A stretch of DNA of 64,000 bases from assembly GCA_964016885.1 (NCBI GenBank), contig OZ024740.1, positions 197,966,001 to 198,030,000 of the forward strand. The letters are read 5' to 3'. The DNA comes from Eledone cirrhosa. Lineage: Eukaryota. Both the position numbers and the translations under genes were made by a program. Position 1 is the first letter of the stretch, and each line of letters begins with the position of its first letter. Under the pieces are notes generated by a model. The model did no database searches and had not been told where the DNA came from. It was given only the letters and a program-made list of their open reading frames with translations. This document shows, piece after piece, positions 26,325 to 41,825 of this stretch.

Positions 26325-28712
26325 TTCTTCTGGTTTTATAATTTCACAAATCTTTTTCCCAAAAGAGAGGGAGAGTCGGTTTTTAACATAGACACAAGAC
26401 TCTCTCATTGGAATTTACACAACATCAACTATGTAGATTATGTATGCATGCATACATGTGTTAGATATTGTTGTTATTGTATGTGTGGATGTGTATGTTT
26501 TGAGTTGTATGTGTGCATGTGTATATGCTTTGCATCTGTACATGTGTATATGCAGTTATTAGATGCAAACCTTTTGGAATGTTTTACATATTTTTACTGT
26601 TCCATTAATGGATTGTACTTGTAATTTCCTAACTAGTTGTGTTCTTTCTGTTCCTGTGAAGCCTAGCTTCTCAAGATTTGTATTGAGGCAGTTACTAACA
26701 TACCCCAGTGCATAAATCTGAAGGTGTAATTAGGGTAGAGTATCTGCAGATTTCTCATCAGTTCTGCATAAATATTCTCCTTTTCGCTAATCTTTGATAT
26801 TATATTGGCATCGGCTGGGCAGGCAATTTCCACTACTGTGCATGCTTTCTTCTCCCTGGCCCACATCATAATATCTGGTCTGTTATGCCTGCATTTTATT
26901 GGGGTTTTACTGGAACATTCCACCAGTACTCTTTCATATTATGTACATGGAAGTCTTCCACATTGCTGTAGCTTTTAATGTGTTTATTATCGGGGCTATC
27001 CATTTTACGAACTGCATTGTACAGTGTTTTGGCCACTACATCATGCCTCATAGGTAGATAGTACCGCGGTGACATCTTTGGACATCCGCTGATGAAATGG
27101 GTGATATCCTCGATGTTAGTTCTGCAGAGTCTGCACTTGTTATCACATCTAGGTGTTTTGCCTGCATCCCTATCTCTTTTATGAATCAGGTATTTCGTGT
27201 TAATCTCCTCATCTTGGATTGCAAAAGCGTATCCTTCAAAGTGGGAGCCAATATAGCGGTTGTTGGTCCAAGATAGACTACTTTCCTTATCTATATTACT
27301 CTCACTCTGGAGCTTTCTGGCTACATATCCATGCATGATTTTTTGCTGATAAGCATGCAGTTTTTCATCTATGGATTTACTGCGATACTGCTGTACGACT
27401 TTCCTGGGTGTAAGGTTTTGATTATCACACAGGGAATATCTCTCTAGGAGTTTTTTCCCAACTCTCATGTTCTTATCTGTTTCATGCAGATAGACTTGCT
27501 CGAGAGACGGGCTCCTACGCTTCGAGGTTCGTGGATGTTGTCGGAGAGATATGATGCGACATTCAAATGCTGTCTGGACTGATGTTAGGCCTCTGACTCC
27601 CTGCTTACGTTTCAAGTAAAGGCGGTCTATGTCACTGTTGATGTGAGAGTTTCCGGTATTGTTTAGTATTTTTCGAGTTCCAATATCAACTGCTCGGATT
27701 TCGTCTATCGTCCAATTGAGTATTCCAAATGTTGCTGTTAGGACAGGCACAGCAAACACATTGTGAGCCACTGTTTTGTTTTGCGCAGAGAGTTCCGATG
27801 ACCAAATCTTTGTTAATCGGGTGTAGTATTCCCTGGTTACGCGTTCCTTATTACAGATATCATTATAGGATATGTTCTCATCTATCCCCAGGTATCTGTA
27901 GCAGTCATCATCAGATATCGGTGAAACAGTTAGGCCATTGATGACAATGTTGCTAGATTGGGTTGTTGTTTTTCCCCGCTTTACAGTCATGTATGAGAAG
28001 ACAGCTTCTCTATGCCTTTGACAAAAATGTCTGGGACTTTAGCAAGTTGGAGGGCCTCTATCATCCAAGAGTGGGGAACAGAATCGAAAGCTTTCCTGTA
28101 GTCCAACCAGACTGTAGCCATATTCCTCCTAAGTTGTCGCACCTCCGACATCGCAGTTTTGTTGATTAGGAGTTGTTCAGCACATCGCCAAACCCCTTTC
28201 TTTCCAGATGCTTGTTCATCTGTGATGATGTTATTATTTTCACAATGATCTTGGAGGAATAGGTTCAGGCAGGCTGTATACATCTTATATATCAGGTTCT
28301 GCCATGCAATGGGTCGGTAGTTTTTTGCCAAGTGGGTGTCTTTGTTCTTGGGGACCAGTAATGTTTGTACTAATGTCAACAATTCTAGTATAAGTGTATC
28401 TCCCTTAAGAACTTGTTGGAAGAGGTCAGTAAGATACTTCCGATAGAATATCAGTTTTTTGTACCAGTAGCCGACATTCATATCTCTTCGTGGTGTTTTC
28501 TTATCTTGGAGTTTTCCTATCACAGTCTGAAGGGTACCCCCACTTATTTCGTATGTTTTTGTTGTAGTGTAGGAGCAATAGTTCTTTTGGATTTCTCTTA
28601 GCCACACTGAATCTTGGTTGAAATTCTTCTTTTCACCCCATATTTTGCTCCATCTGGGATGGGGCCTCAGTGACACTTATTATTTTGTTCTTCATATCTT
28701 TATAGACTGATG
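26325..28712 (-). mobile_element. 5'-truncated R4/Dong-clade retrotransposon (second copy) with an internal RT deletion
   Basis: ORFs 27987-28676, 26896-27990 and 26663-26923 are highly similar to 5130-7550. The QGDSLS/FVDD region is missing at ~27995. (TGTA)n on both flanks. Confidence 0.9.
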
Positions 28713-31574
28713 TATGTATGTATGCGTGTGTGTGTATATGTATGCATGTATGAATACGTGTGTGTATGTATGTATGTATGTATGTATGTATGTATGTATG
28801 TATGTATGTATGTATGTATGTATGTATGTACGTGAGTATGTGTGTATGTGGGCTAACTATATATAAAGGAGAAAGCTCTATGTGAAACGGAAAGTAAAAA
28901 GAAAAGAATTACAGTAGAAACGTACACACACACACACATATACATATATACGTATAGACATACAGGCACACACGCACACACACACATATATATATATATA
29001 CATATAGACACACACATAAATATATATATATATACATATGGATATATATATATGTTTATATGTATATATATATATACACAAACACACAAACACACAAACA
29101 CACACACACATATATTATTGTAAATTTGAGTATGTGTTGCTTGTTTATTGTATATAGAGATGACTTCTGTGGGCCTACAACGAAACCATGAGGGATGTCC
29201 TGCTGATTTCATATGAATGAAACAGCTCTAGTCATGTAGAAGTAATTTCTGTATAAAGCAATGAGGCCTATTCTCTATCAACTGATTTAGTACCTTTTTT
29301 AACGGTGGTCATTTCCACATACCCATCAGGAATCCACCTTTAATTACACACACAGACATACACAGATACATACATGCACATACACACAAACACACACACA
29401 TACACACACACACAACAGACACAGACACATAAACACACACACACGCACCAACATACAATAGTCAAATTGTGCCCTCTTGAGGTGGTGCTGAGTAGTTGCC
29501 CAAAGAATGTAGAACTACGAAACTAATATTCCTATTAATATTTAGTTTTAAAATATCCATAGATAACTTTGAATTACTCACCGAAATTTGTCAGTAATTT
29601 AATTTTCATTGATCTAAATCTTATTCCACACATGTTTGACTACACCCTCTCTTTTATTATTATCTGATCGAAAACTTAGCTCATATTTTATATATTAATG
29701 ATTTAATTTCTGCATGTGAGCACCTTACTTCCCATATCCAAACTTCACATGGTCTCCACACGTAAGTATACTAACTATTGCACCTCTTTATTTCCCTCTT
29801 ATTTCCCCACACCTTGCAACAATATGTATGTTTCAAAGTGTTTATATTTATCTACAATCCTCCCATCATAATGTAATGTAAGACATTAAGATATGTTCCA
29901 AACACGAGCTAGGTATATAGTTAGCTATATCACCAAATCTCTTAAATTTATTTACTATTTTCAAAGTAGTTTGAAAGCCATAAGCAGTGTTTTTCATTAG
30001 AAATATGGAAGGCAAATTTAAAGTGATGCAGAATTACTATTTCTTTATTTCGTTCATTATTTTTTCTGTTTCTTTAAATTTATTACTCCTTATAACTCAT
30101 GACAATCGATTAGCTGAGCATCAGGTAAAACAATTGTTCCAGCTTTCTACGTACTGATTTCAAATCCCAAGCTCAGTAAAATAAAGTATCAGACAAATAC
30201 TGGTTTCTGCACAATCAACTTTTCTACCCATCAAATTACTGGTATTGTGCCTAAACTGTAAAGAATTATTCATTATAAGTTAGATATATCTATTTATTGA
30301 ATAAGTTACATAAGATCAAAATTAAATAAAATACTTTACAATTCCGCGATTTACACGTGTGTATATATCATTTATTATATATATATAAATAACTTCTATT
30401 ATTACACTGGTAAAGAGGTTTACATTTCTATAAATGGAAGAAAACCTCCGGGTGTTGTATTACATTTGCTGTTAGAATGTTCACTCATTCTATCATTACT
30501 ACGCTAATTATATTTATTAAGTCAACGAATATATTTCCACAAATTTGCACATCTATTCCATTTTATCTTTCCTGCTTGAAGATATTCTTTCTATCTCTTT
30601 ATCAACTAAGTTAGTTTTCTTACTCTTTGTTTCCATCTGATCTTCTAGTTTAAAATACTTTTCCCTACTTTTCAATGCGTTAATCTCTCTATGTCTGTCC
30701 TTGCCTCTCTGTCTCTATCTCTTTCTGTATACATATACATGTGAATGTGTGTGCGTTTGTGTGTGAATGCGTGCGTATGCGCTGTGAAGAAAATCGGTTT
30801 GATTTGAAATATTAATAGATAACGCAATGGCTAAATGATCTCCCTTTCTACTGTTCTTCTCTCTTTCTATTCCTTTCTTATATTCTTTCAATTTTTTCGT
30901 TTCTCTGATACTCATTTTGATAAATCTTGCCATAGAAAGATATTATAGCTATATATTCCATTAAATGATACTTTTTACATTAGTTTGATGAGATTCTAAG
31001 ATCAAACTTTACGACTACATGATCGAAACCACGCAAAACTTAAATAAGTGCGGATTCTTAGTTCCTTAGCATTTTGAGTTCTTTTGTTTTTCGTAGTGGT
31101 CCCCAGTGATATTATTGCACACATACACACACACGCATATATATATATATATATATAGAGAGAGATAGCCTGGCAAACCTAATGCATAGAGAATATGAAT
31201 ATGTTGATCAATATTCAAATATAGCTCAATGAGTGATTTGTAAATGTTTGTAAGCATAAAGAAACCTACAGATTATATACCATCGAATGTTTTATTAATG
31301 TGTGTCCTGTGTTGTAAAATATATATTTGTGGCAACAATTCCTCAGCATAACACCACGGTTATGTGTATAGGAACTTGAGTTCATGTCTAATTGGGTTGG
31401 AGAAGAGGTTTAAGGTTTCGGACACGAGTCCTTTAATGCAAAATAGAAACAGAGAAAGGGGGCGAGTTTTAGAAGAGAGATTAACAATACATCTGTTTCA
31501 TCTCTACTCTAAAACTCCTCTCCAATCTCTCTTTCTGTTTTCTATTGAAGGACTCCTATCTGAAATCTTGAACT

Positions 31575-31617
<43 letters not shown>

Positions 31618-31653
31618 GCTGAAATAATAAGGCATATATTAAATACACTTACA

Positions 31654-31691
<38 letters not shown>

Positions 31692-31714
31692 ATATATGTA
31701 TATGTATATATATA

Positions 31715-31790
<76 letters not shown>

Positions 31791-32288
31791 TGTGTAAGTA
31801 TAAGTGTATTTAATATATGCCTTATTATTTCCGCTTCATATATAGTTGTATATATAAAGAGAGAGAGAGAGAGACGAAAAATCATCTTTTCTCTACAAAA
31901 AAAAAATATATCTGATGTTTCCTATATGCTCCATGTTGAAGATTCTCATCGGCCGAAGATTAAAAGCTCGTACAATTACGCTTCAGGCTATGATGCACAA
32001 AGCACACGCACTCATAAATACACATACACTCACACCCATCCACCGCCACACATACTCCCTCCCCAACACATATATATAACTATTTTCCTGTTTACGACGG
32101 ACATTAACTCACGGTTGTTTTCGTATTTGAATAACGTATTAAGTATCATTTACGATAATGTGATGAATAGCCTACGGCATTATCGCAACAAAGAAGACTT
32201 TGAGATTGTTTGCGGTTGCACACCATTACTTGGAGTAGAAACATGTTTTTATTATTAGATGTTTTTAACTTTCTGTATATTTTTATTA

Positions 32289-32400
32289 AGGCGGCGAAAT
32301 GATAGATAAAAAGTTTTGCAATATTTGTATCGGCTCTTTGCGCTCTGAGTTCAATTTCTGCCGAGATTTATAAATAAAGAACCAATCCAGTATTGTGGTT
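32289..32400 (+). mobile_element. Degenerate tRNA-derived SINE
   Basis: ggcggcgaaatg...ctctgagttcaatttctgccgag...aataaagaaccaa resembles the other copies. Confidence 0.5.
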
Positions 32401-34059
32401 GATCCTTCCCATATGACTCTTTCTCAATTTCACTCTCTGTCCCCCCACCCCCTCTCTCGAGCTCCCCCCCCCCCCTATCGTTCTCTGTGCGTGTGTTTAT
32501 CGTTTGCTGGTAGAAATCGGCTGTGTTCAGACCTGGAGTGGGATGGGATTCGCCAGGTTTCAATTCCTAAGACAGGGCTCTCTAAGAAACCGTCTGGAAT
32601 TAAGGACCTATACATGATTGACTAGATATTAAATAGCAGTTTGGTTTATTCTTCCTGGTTCAAAATAGTCACTGATGGAGGAAGCGACGCTGGACAATGG
32701 TGGCTGTAGTAGAGGCAGATATGACTGAGTGCTTACAAGCTCGTCCCGCAATTACTTGTGTCTGTGTTGGGTCACATTTCGTGACATCTTGTTGGAGTGT
32801 CTTTATCATAGTTACGGGTTGATGTAAGCTTCGTGGTGTCTGAATGAAATTAGGGAGATTAAAATTGTATAGTAATCCTTGTGATGCATTTTATATGTAA
32901 CTGAAATGTCTAATCTTGTCACATATCGTGTCAAGCTGATTCAGTGTGAAATACTCAACTTCTTACTCGTTAATTTAGAAGATGATATACGCCATCATCA
33001 TCATCATCATCATCATCAGATACAATATCGTAAACAGCTGCTAAATTATTCTCAATATAAAAAGCAGAAAGTAAAACAACAAAACAGAGGCGTTTTGCAT
33101 TTAAAAAACTTATAGAGTTATAGAATGGAAGATACAAATATTTTTTGGCAATGTTTGGTTTACAATCATGTGTTCGATTTACTGTGGTGCATTGAATCAT
33201 TGAACAAAAGATTATACGTCACATTGCTCCTGTCCGCTCCACTGGAAAAGATAAATTGTAAGAGTAATTAAAATGGTCAGCCTTGTCACACTCTGTATTA
33301 CCTTTCATATCCCCGAGAAATACGTTAATGGTATATATGTGTCTGTGGTGTCCTCCGACACGTTTTCTGAGCAGGCTGTTCCGTTGGACGAACAACTGGA
33401 ACACTCATCATCTCAACCGACGGAGGTGTAATAAATGTATTTGAATACAGCTATCGGTTCATTTATATTATGTCCACAATCATGACAGATGTAACACAGG
33501 AGTGATATACAAATAGAGACATAGTAAACATTTGAACATGAGAACGTAAAGTTGGGATTGAATAAATAGTAACATAATTATCCTGACGAGACAAAACTTG
33601 CTTACTCGTAAATTCATGAATCAGACATTCAATCGATTGAATAACTGGATGCTCATAATCGAATCTAAGAGAGTATCCATGGAAAACCCATTCCTAACTT
33701 TGAAAAATTATGTCGGTTTTCTCAATTCGTCAAAGTGTAAAAATGAAAACCAAATAGATGATTATTCATATGAGATCGAACAATTTTTTTAATTTGTTTT
33801 TAACACTATTGGAAGTATCGTTGTTAAAGTGATCTTTATTTTTTATATTAATCTTTAGTCACTCCCTATGCTAATGGTTAGACTTGAAATGTACCCCATC
33901 CTGTATGAGGTGCAAATTGAATTTCAGATACAATCTGCTCTAATTTAAAACGTTTTTTTAATCCCCTGTAGATCGAGAAATGCAAATACCTATATATCAT
34001 TTTGTATGTATAGATCTATATTTGTGCAGGGAAAACAGGTCCCCTGTCCACATTTTGAA

Positions 34060-34519
34060 TTTGCTCGTCAAAAACCCGGGGTTATTTTCCTTGTTGGGAA
34101 AAAGCACGTGATAGATGAGGCACTGACCACTGCTACCAGCAGTGGCATACTGCTTCATCTCACACCGGGTCAAGGCGCAGAACGGAAACCTGTTAATAAC
34201 AAGGATCCGCAGTTCGGTCATCAAACACCAAAACTTGCATACTTGCGCAAGTAGAATTGTTGATTTTAGATTCATAGAAACCTATCGGAGGCACGGAGCT
34301 GTGCCTCCGAGACGGTCCAGGTTTGTTATTTAACCTGAAGGTTTTTTCGTTGCTTCGGTGTTGTGGCTAGGCTTGCCTGCTACAGTTTTCAATTTGACCT
34401 GCTATCTAACGTATGTTATTACTCTGAGCACAGCTCATCGAGTGCTTGGCTGCATAATTCCTGATTGTATTTCGTTATCTTGGCTACAGCCGAAACTTCG
34501 ATATTAGTAAACTTCCATT

Positions 34520-34520
<1 letters not shown>
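34060..34520 (+). mobile_element. Possible degenerate PLE endonuclease C-terminus and 3' end
   Basis: SSGILLHL and RFIET...ELC...FVINLKVF-like pieces in different frames. A GAAActtcgata motif precedes (TA)n. Confidence 0.3.
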
Positions 34521-34587
<67 letters not shown>

Positions 34588-34590
<3 letters not shown>

Positions 34591-35188
34591 ACTAGAAATT
34601 GATTGACATATAAATATATCTAAAATAAACATATGAAACAATCACAGGGGATAATTTGTAAAAGTGTGTAAGCACACATAGCTATGTAGGTAACTAGATA
34701 AAGTTTAACTAGAACTTCAAAAATAGATACCTTATGAATTGATTAAGCTGGTACGATGTGTATTTTTAGTAAATACAGCACCTGTTACTGGCCAGTCGCT
34801 GATTTGAATTTGATGCGTAAACACAGATGGTTACTCCTCTTCCTTGTTGAAAATCCAGGATCTGGCTACTGTCGTTTACCAATCGATTAATTGGTGAAAT
34901 ATATTTCTTTAATGGAATATATACAAGGAAGATTAATCAATTTATAAGGTATCTATTTTTGAAGTTCTAGTTAAACTTTATCTAGTTACCTACATAGCTA
35001 TGTGTGCTTACACACTTTTACAAATTATCCCCTGTGATTGTTTCATATGTTTATTTTAGATATATGTCAATCAATTTCTAGTTGATATAAAATGCTCGGA
35101 TCTACTCATTGGAATCTTGGAGCATATTTTACGGGTGATATGGCGCATGTCTATCTGACATGACACCCTTAATTTAAGTTAATTTTGG

Positions 35189-35190
<2 letters not shown>
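34588..35190. mobile_element. (TA)n-embedded inverted-arm element
   Basis: ~158-bp inverted repeat 34588-34747 / 34931-35087, with a ~100-nt tail on the right arm. Same family as 22675-23405. Confidence 0.7.
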
Positions 35191-35263
<73 letters not shown>

Positions 35264-35277
35264 CAACAGTGACGTAA

Positions 35278-35327
35278 ACAGGTACTCAAGTTTCGTTGGG
35301 TTCTGGGCCCTAATTTCTTCAGCCTGT
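35278..35327 (-). ncRNA. Type I minimal hammerhead ribozyme
   Basis: Reverse complement reads acagg-CTGAAGA-aattagggcccagaacccaac-GAAA-cttgag-TA-cctgt. Lies within a 150-bp element (35260-35410) between (TA)n tracts. Confidence 0.8.
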
Positions 35328-35431
35328 CATTTTTCTCATGACTAAACTCGTCCTATGGACTGAGTGCTCTTACTCTTGGATATTTTCATTTAACCTTTAC
35401 TCCAGTAGATATATATATATATGTATACAGA

Positions 35432-35466
<35 letters not shown>

Positions 35467-35597
35467 GAGGTTATATTTAATTTGTTGGGATTCAACAAGC
35501 TTAAACATTTTTATAACTGATATAAAGCACTCAACAGTTAGTGGAGTAAATATACAATATATTAACAAATGGAAACTATATTTATAAAACCATATTT

Positions 35598-35661
35598 ATT
35601 TTATTATACATATTTCGAGAGCCACCAAGGCAAATTATGGTGCGCTTTCATCAGATAAAAT
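35598..35661 (-). ncRNA. Type I minimal hammerhead ribozyme
   Basis: Reverse complement reads attttat-CTGATGA-aagcgcacca...tggtggctctc-GAAA-tatgta-TA-ataaaat. Confidence 0.8.
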
Positions 35662-36255
35662 ACAATACAGATTTGTTTTATAAATAAATATTGATATACC
35701 CTGAAAAAAGACAACCTTAACTGTGAATGGCAAGGGCCGTAACTCTATGCGTCGAAGTATGGCGTCCGACCCTCTACCGATACTAATAGAGTTTTGACAG
35801 TTAATTATATAAAGCAAATTTCCTTGATACACAAATGACAGATTCTTGAGAAAGCCATATTTCGGTATGCAGGTGCTTACGAATCGTTTCCCAATATTAT
35901 AACTCATAATATAGCTAAATAATTTTTTTAATTCTGGAATCATATTCCACCATTCCTACAAACTGTTAATTCTTCTCAAATTCACGTAAATACAAGCTTT
36001 TCTTTCTTTCTCTTTCTTCTTCCTACACATACATATATATATATATCCTAATAATTATTTAAATATACCTCGCGTCTAAAAAATAACGTTTTTTTTGTCA
36101 GCCCTATACCTCAACCGCATTTGCATACTAATCTTAATAATTTGAAATATTTGACTTTTCTTCTCTTTCCCTTCTTTCCTTTTACTATCCAGGAAAAACT
36201 TGAACCGTTAAGATCTTCTTCCTGGATATGTCAATATTTATAAAACAAACTTTGT

Positions 36256-36315
36256 ATTTTATCTGATGAGTGCGTACCAAAATTTTGGTACTCGCTGAAA
36301 TATATATAATAGAAT
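36256..36315 (+). ncRNA. Type I minimal hammerhead ribozyme
   Basis: attttat-CTGATGA-gtgcgtacca aaattt tggtactcgct-GAAA-tatata-TA-atagaat. Confidence 0.8.
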
Positions 36316-36442
36316 AAATATGGTTTTATAAATATAGTTTCCATTTATTTAATATCATTGAAAACTTGTCGAGTGCTTTGAATCAGTTATAAACATATCT
36401 ATTTGTTGAATTACCAACAAATTAAATATCCCTTTTGTTTTG

Positions 36443-36491
<49 letters not shown>

Positions 36492-36632
36492 TTAAAAGTT
36501 AAACAAGTTTCAATGAATAAATCAAAGAATGAGTTTTACAATAGATTGGAAGCCCTCAACAAGAGGGGTTTTCCAGATGTATTAATATTAATTCAAAATA
36601 TTAACAAAATAGATATTCTTGTGATCAAGTAT

Positions 36633-36697
36633 ATTTTATTATACATATTTCAGCGGTACTGAGTTCACTTCAACAGTACGTCCTCATCAGATAAAAT
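36633..36697 (-). ncRNA. Type I minimal hammerhead ribozyme
   Basis: Reverse-complement copy of 36781-36845. Confidence 0.75.
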
Positions 36698-36780
36698 AAG
36701 ATGATGCATGACATAGTAGATGGTTAAGATTCAGTCATGGTAGTGAGTAATATATGTCAGGGTATGTCATGCATCATCTT

Positions 36781-36845
36781 ATTTTATCTGATGAGGACGT
36801 ACTGTTGAAGTGAACTCAGTACCTCTGAAATATGTATAATAAAAT
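36781..36845 (+). ncRNA. Type I minimal hammerhead ribozyme
   Basis: attttat-CTGATGA-ggacgtactg...cagtacctct-GAAA-tatgta-TA-ataaaat. Confidence 0.8.
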
Positions 36846-36897
36846 ATACTTGATCACAAGAATATCTATTTTGTTAATATTTTGAATTAATATATAT

Positions 36898-37000
36898 ATC
36901 CCGCCGAGGTTGACTTTGCCTTTCATCCTTACGGGGTCGATAAAATAAAGTACCAGTAATGTACTGAGTAATTGCTGGCCTTGTGCCTACAGTAGAAACA
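36898..37000 (+). mobile_element. 5'-truncated SINE
   Basis: cccgccgaggttgactttgcctttcatccttacggggtcgataaaataaagtaccag...gctggccttgtgcc. Confidence 0.8.
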
Positions 37001-37016
37001 AATATATATATATATA

Positions 37017-37065
<49 letters not shown>

Positions 37066-37278
37066 CATCATATATATATACATCATATATATATATATAT
37101 ATTATATGTATATATATACATCATATATATATATATACATTATATATATATATGTATATATATATAAATATATATATACACACACGCACACACACACATA
37201 TCTATGTATACATATATGTGTGCGTGTGTGCGTGCGCGTGTGTAAATGTGTATGTATGCCTGTGTGTGTGTATGTATG

Positions 37279-37310
<32 letters not shown>

Positions 37311-37325
37311 TAGAGAGAGAGTAAT

Positions 37326-37510
37326 TGTTTCTACTTTAGGCACAAGGCCAGCAATTATCCAGTGCATTACTGGTACTTTATTTTATCGACCCCGTGAGGA
37401 TGAAAGGCAAAGTCAACCTCGGCGGGATTTGAACTCAGATCATAAAGGGACGTAACTATGCTGGAAAGCATGGCGTCCGACCCTCTACCGATACTGCCAA
37501 TCCACCGCCC
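37326..37510 (-). mobile_element. tRNA-derived SINE
   Basis: Full reverse-complement copy flanked by a gagagagagtaat TSD-like repeat. Confidence 0.85.
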
Positions 37511-37674
37511 GAGAGAGAGAGTAATAATACCAAACATGAAGCCTAAAATCCGAAGAGGGCTCGATAAGGATTATATATATATATATATATATGTATTTAT
37601 ATATAGTTGATGAAAGTGAAGTCACGGGCCTTACACTGTGGAGTTTCTCCTGTATATTAATATTAACCGTCCAC

Positions 37675-38505
<831 letters not shown>

Positions 38506-38791
38506 AGTGGAAGCTGAGTAAAATCGAAGCTTTGGCTGTGGCCAAGCAAAGTCGACCTACAATAGGAATGAGTTAGCAAAGCACTCAATCAGGGTAGGTC
38601 CTTAGAGTAATAACACGTTTAAACAGCTTGACAAATTGAACATTGCGGTAAGCAAAACCCAACCACACAATACCAATATATATATATATTTATATATATA
38701 TTCATTAATATATATGTGTGACGTGTGTGTAAGAGATGTATGCGTGTATATATATACACGTGTGTGTGTGCACGCGCATGCGATTGTGCAT

Positions 38792-38829
<38 letters not shown>

Positions 38830-38851
38830 ATGAGTGTGTGTGCGCGCGCGC

Positions 38852-38888
<37 letters not shown>

Positions 38889-39145
38889 TTTACTAGGTGG
38901 CGAATTAGATAAGTCTTCAGAAGGTCAGATAGAATACTATTCATTTTAAATTTCTGCGCCCTTCGTTCAAATCCCACCGAGGTCAAGTTTGCCTTAAACC
39001 AATTAGATGTCGATAAAGTATAATTCAAATACTAGAGAAAATCAATTCTCCCTCACTGGAAGATAATTTCTTGGTGAAGGATAGGATACCTGAGGCTTCA
39101 AATGCCGAAAACACTGTATGTAACCATGTCGCTACATACAGTGTA

Positions 39146-39243
<98 letters not shown>

Positions 39244-39268
39244 ATGTGTATACATATATATATATATA

Positions 39269-40958
<1,690 letters not shown>

Positions 40959-41141
40959 ACACACACACACATATATATATAAAGGTAGACACAAAGCAGG
41001 CTTTCTTTAGAAACGGCTAGCGAATTAGAAAATTAGGTAGTAACATGTGCTTACACAGTATTTGACTAAATAGAATTAGTCTTTTAGTTGGGATTAAAAC
41101 ACCCTCTGAATGGGAAAAAAGGATGAGTATTGACATACATA

Positions 41142-41201
41142 GGACACGAACTTACATCTCTGGTTTGCAGAACCAATGTGTTACCATTACACCAATCCGC
41201 C
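41142..41201 (-). mobile_element. tRNA-like SINE head / tRNA pseudogene
   Basis: Reverse complement reads ggcggattggtgtaatggtaacacattggttctgcaaaccagagatgtaagttcgtgtcc, with A- and B-box-like motifs but no intact acceptor stem. Confidence 0.5.
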
Positions 41202-41319
41202 ACCCATGCATACATATCTTCCCATGACCACTCCACATCACATTAAAAAAACATCATATTTGATCTCTCTCACAATACATATATATAAGCTTGTGCATTT
41301 ATGTGATTAGCACATATGT

Positions 41320-41352
<33 letters not shown>

Positions 41353-41354
<2 letters not shown>

Positions 41355-41796
41355 GTACAATTTAAAAAAAATATGATCAACACTAATGTGTTTTTTTTGC
41401 AAAATGACAATAATTTTTTTTTTTTTTTTTTTAGCCAAGTTGTTCCGTAATTAATTAATTATATCATTAGTATACCATCCCTTGTGAAACAGGTTTATGT
41501 TTTGAAGTTCCGACCGATCTGCTGAAAAGGTTTAAATTTTGAAATTTAAACTTGTCTAGGCACCAGGCAGTTGCCATTTTACGTCTGTAAGTATAGATTT
41601 AATATTTAATATTTTCCCCATCGATACAGGCGGACTATATGTACTTGAATTAAGGTACTTCTATCTGGCTAAAAAATTATTGTCATTTTGCCAAAAAAAA
41701 CACATTAGTGTTGATCATATTTTTTTAAATTGCACTCTAATGCTCAGAAGTATTTTCTTAGAGCTTAATAATTGTATTTGACTACTAAATTGAAAT
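41353..41796. repeat. (TA)n-embedded inverted-arm element
   Basis: caatttaaaaaaaatatgatcaacactaatgtg...aaaatgacaataattttt..tagcca (41353-41437) is inverted at 41666-41737, followed by a ~60-nt tail. Confidence 0.65.
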
Positions 41797-41825
41797 ATAT
41801 ATATATATATATATATAATATATAT

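Larger units (their letters stand above)
36490..36893. mobile_element. (TA)n-embedded inverted-arm element with a hammerhead in each arm
   Basis: ~130-bp inverted repeat 36585-36715 / 36763-36893. The left arm has a ~90-nt tail. Confidence 0.75.

Noticed and set aside
32906-33430. Poly-His ORF and nearby possible exon
   Set aside because: Poly-His comes from a (CAT)n repeat. There is no recognisable domain or supported splice structure.
33583-33630. CTGACGAG...CTCGTAAATTCATGAATC hammerhead candidate
   Set aside because: The GAAA core is interrupted and there is no stem I pairing.
41142-41201. Functional tRNA gene
   Set aside because: The acceptor and T stems do not pair, so a SINE head or pseudogene fits better.
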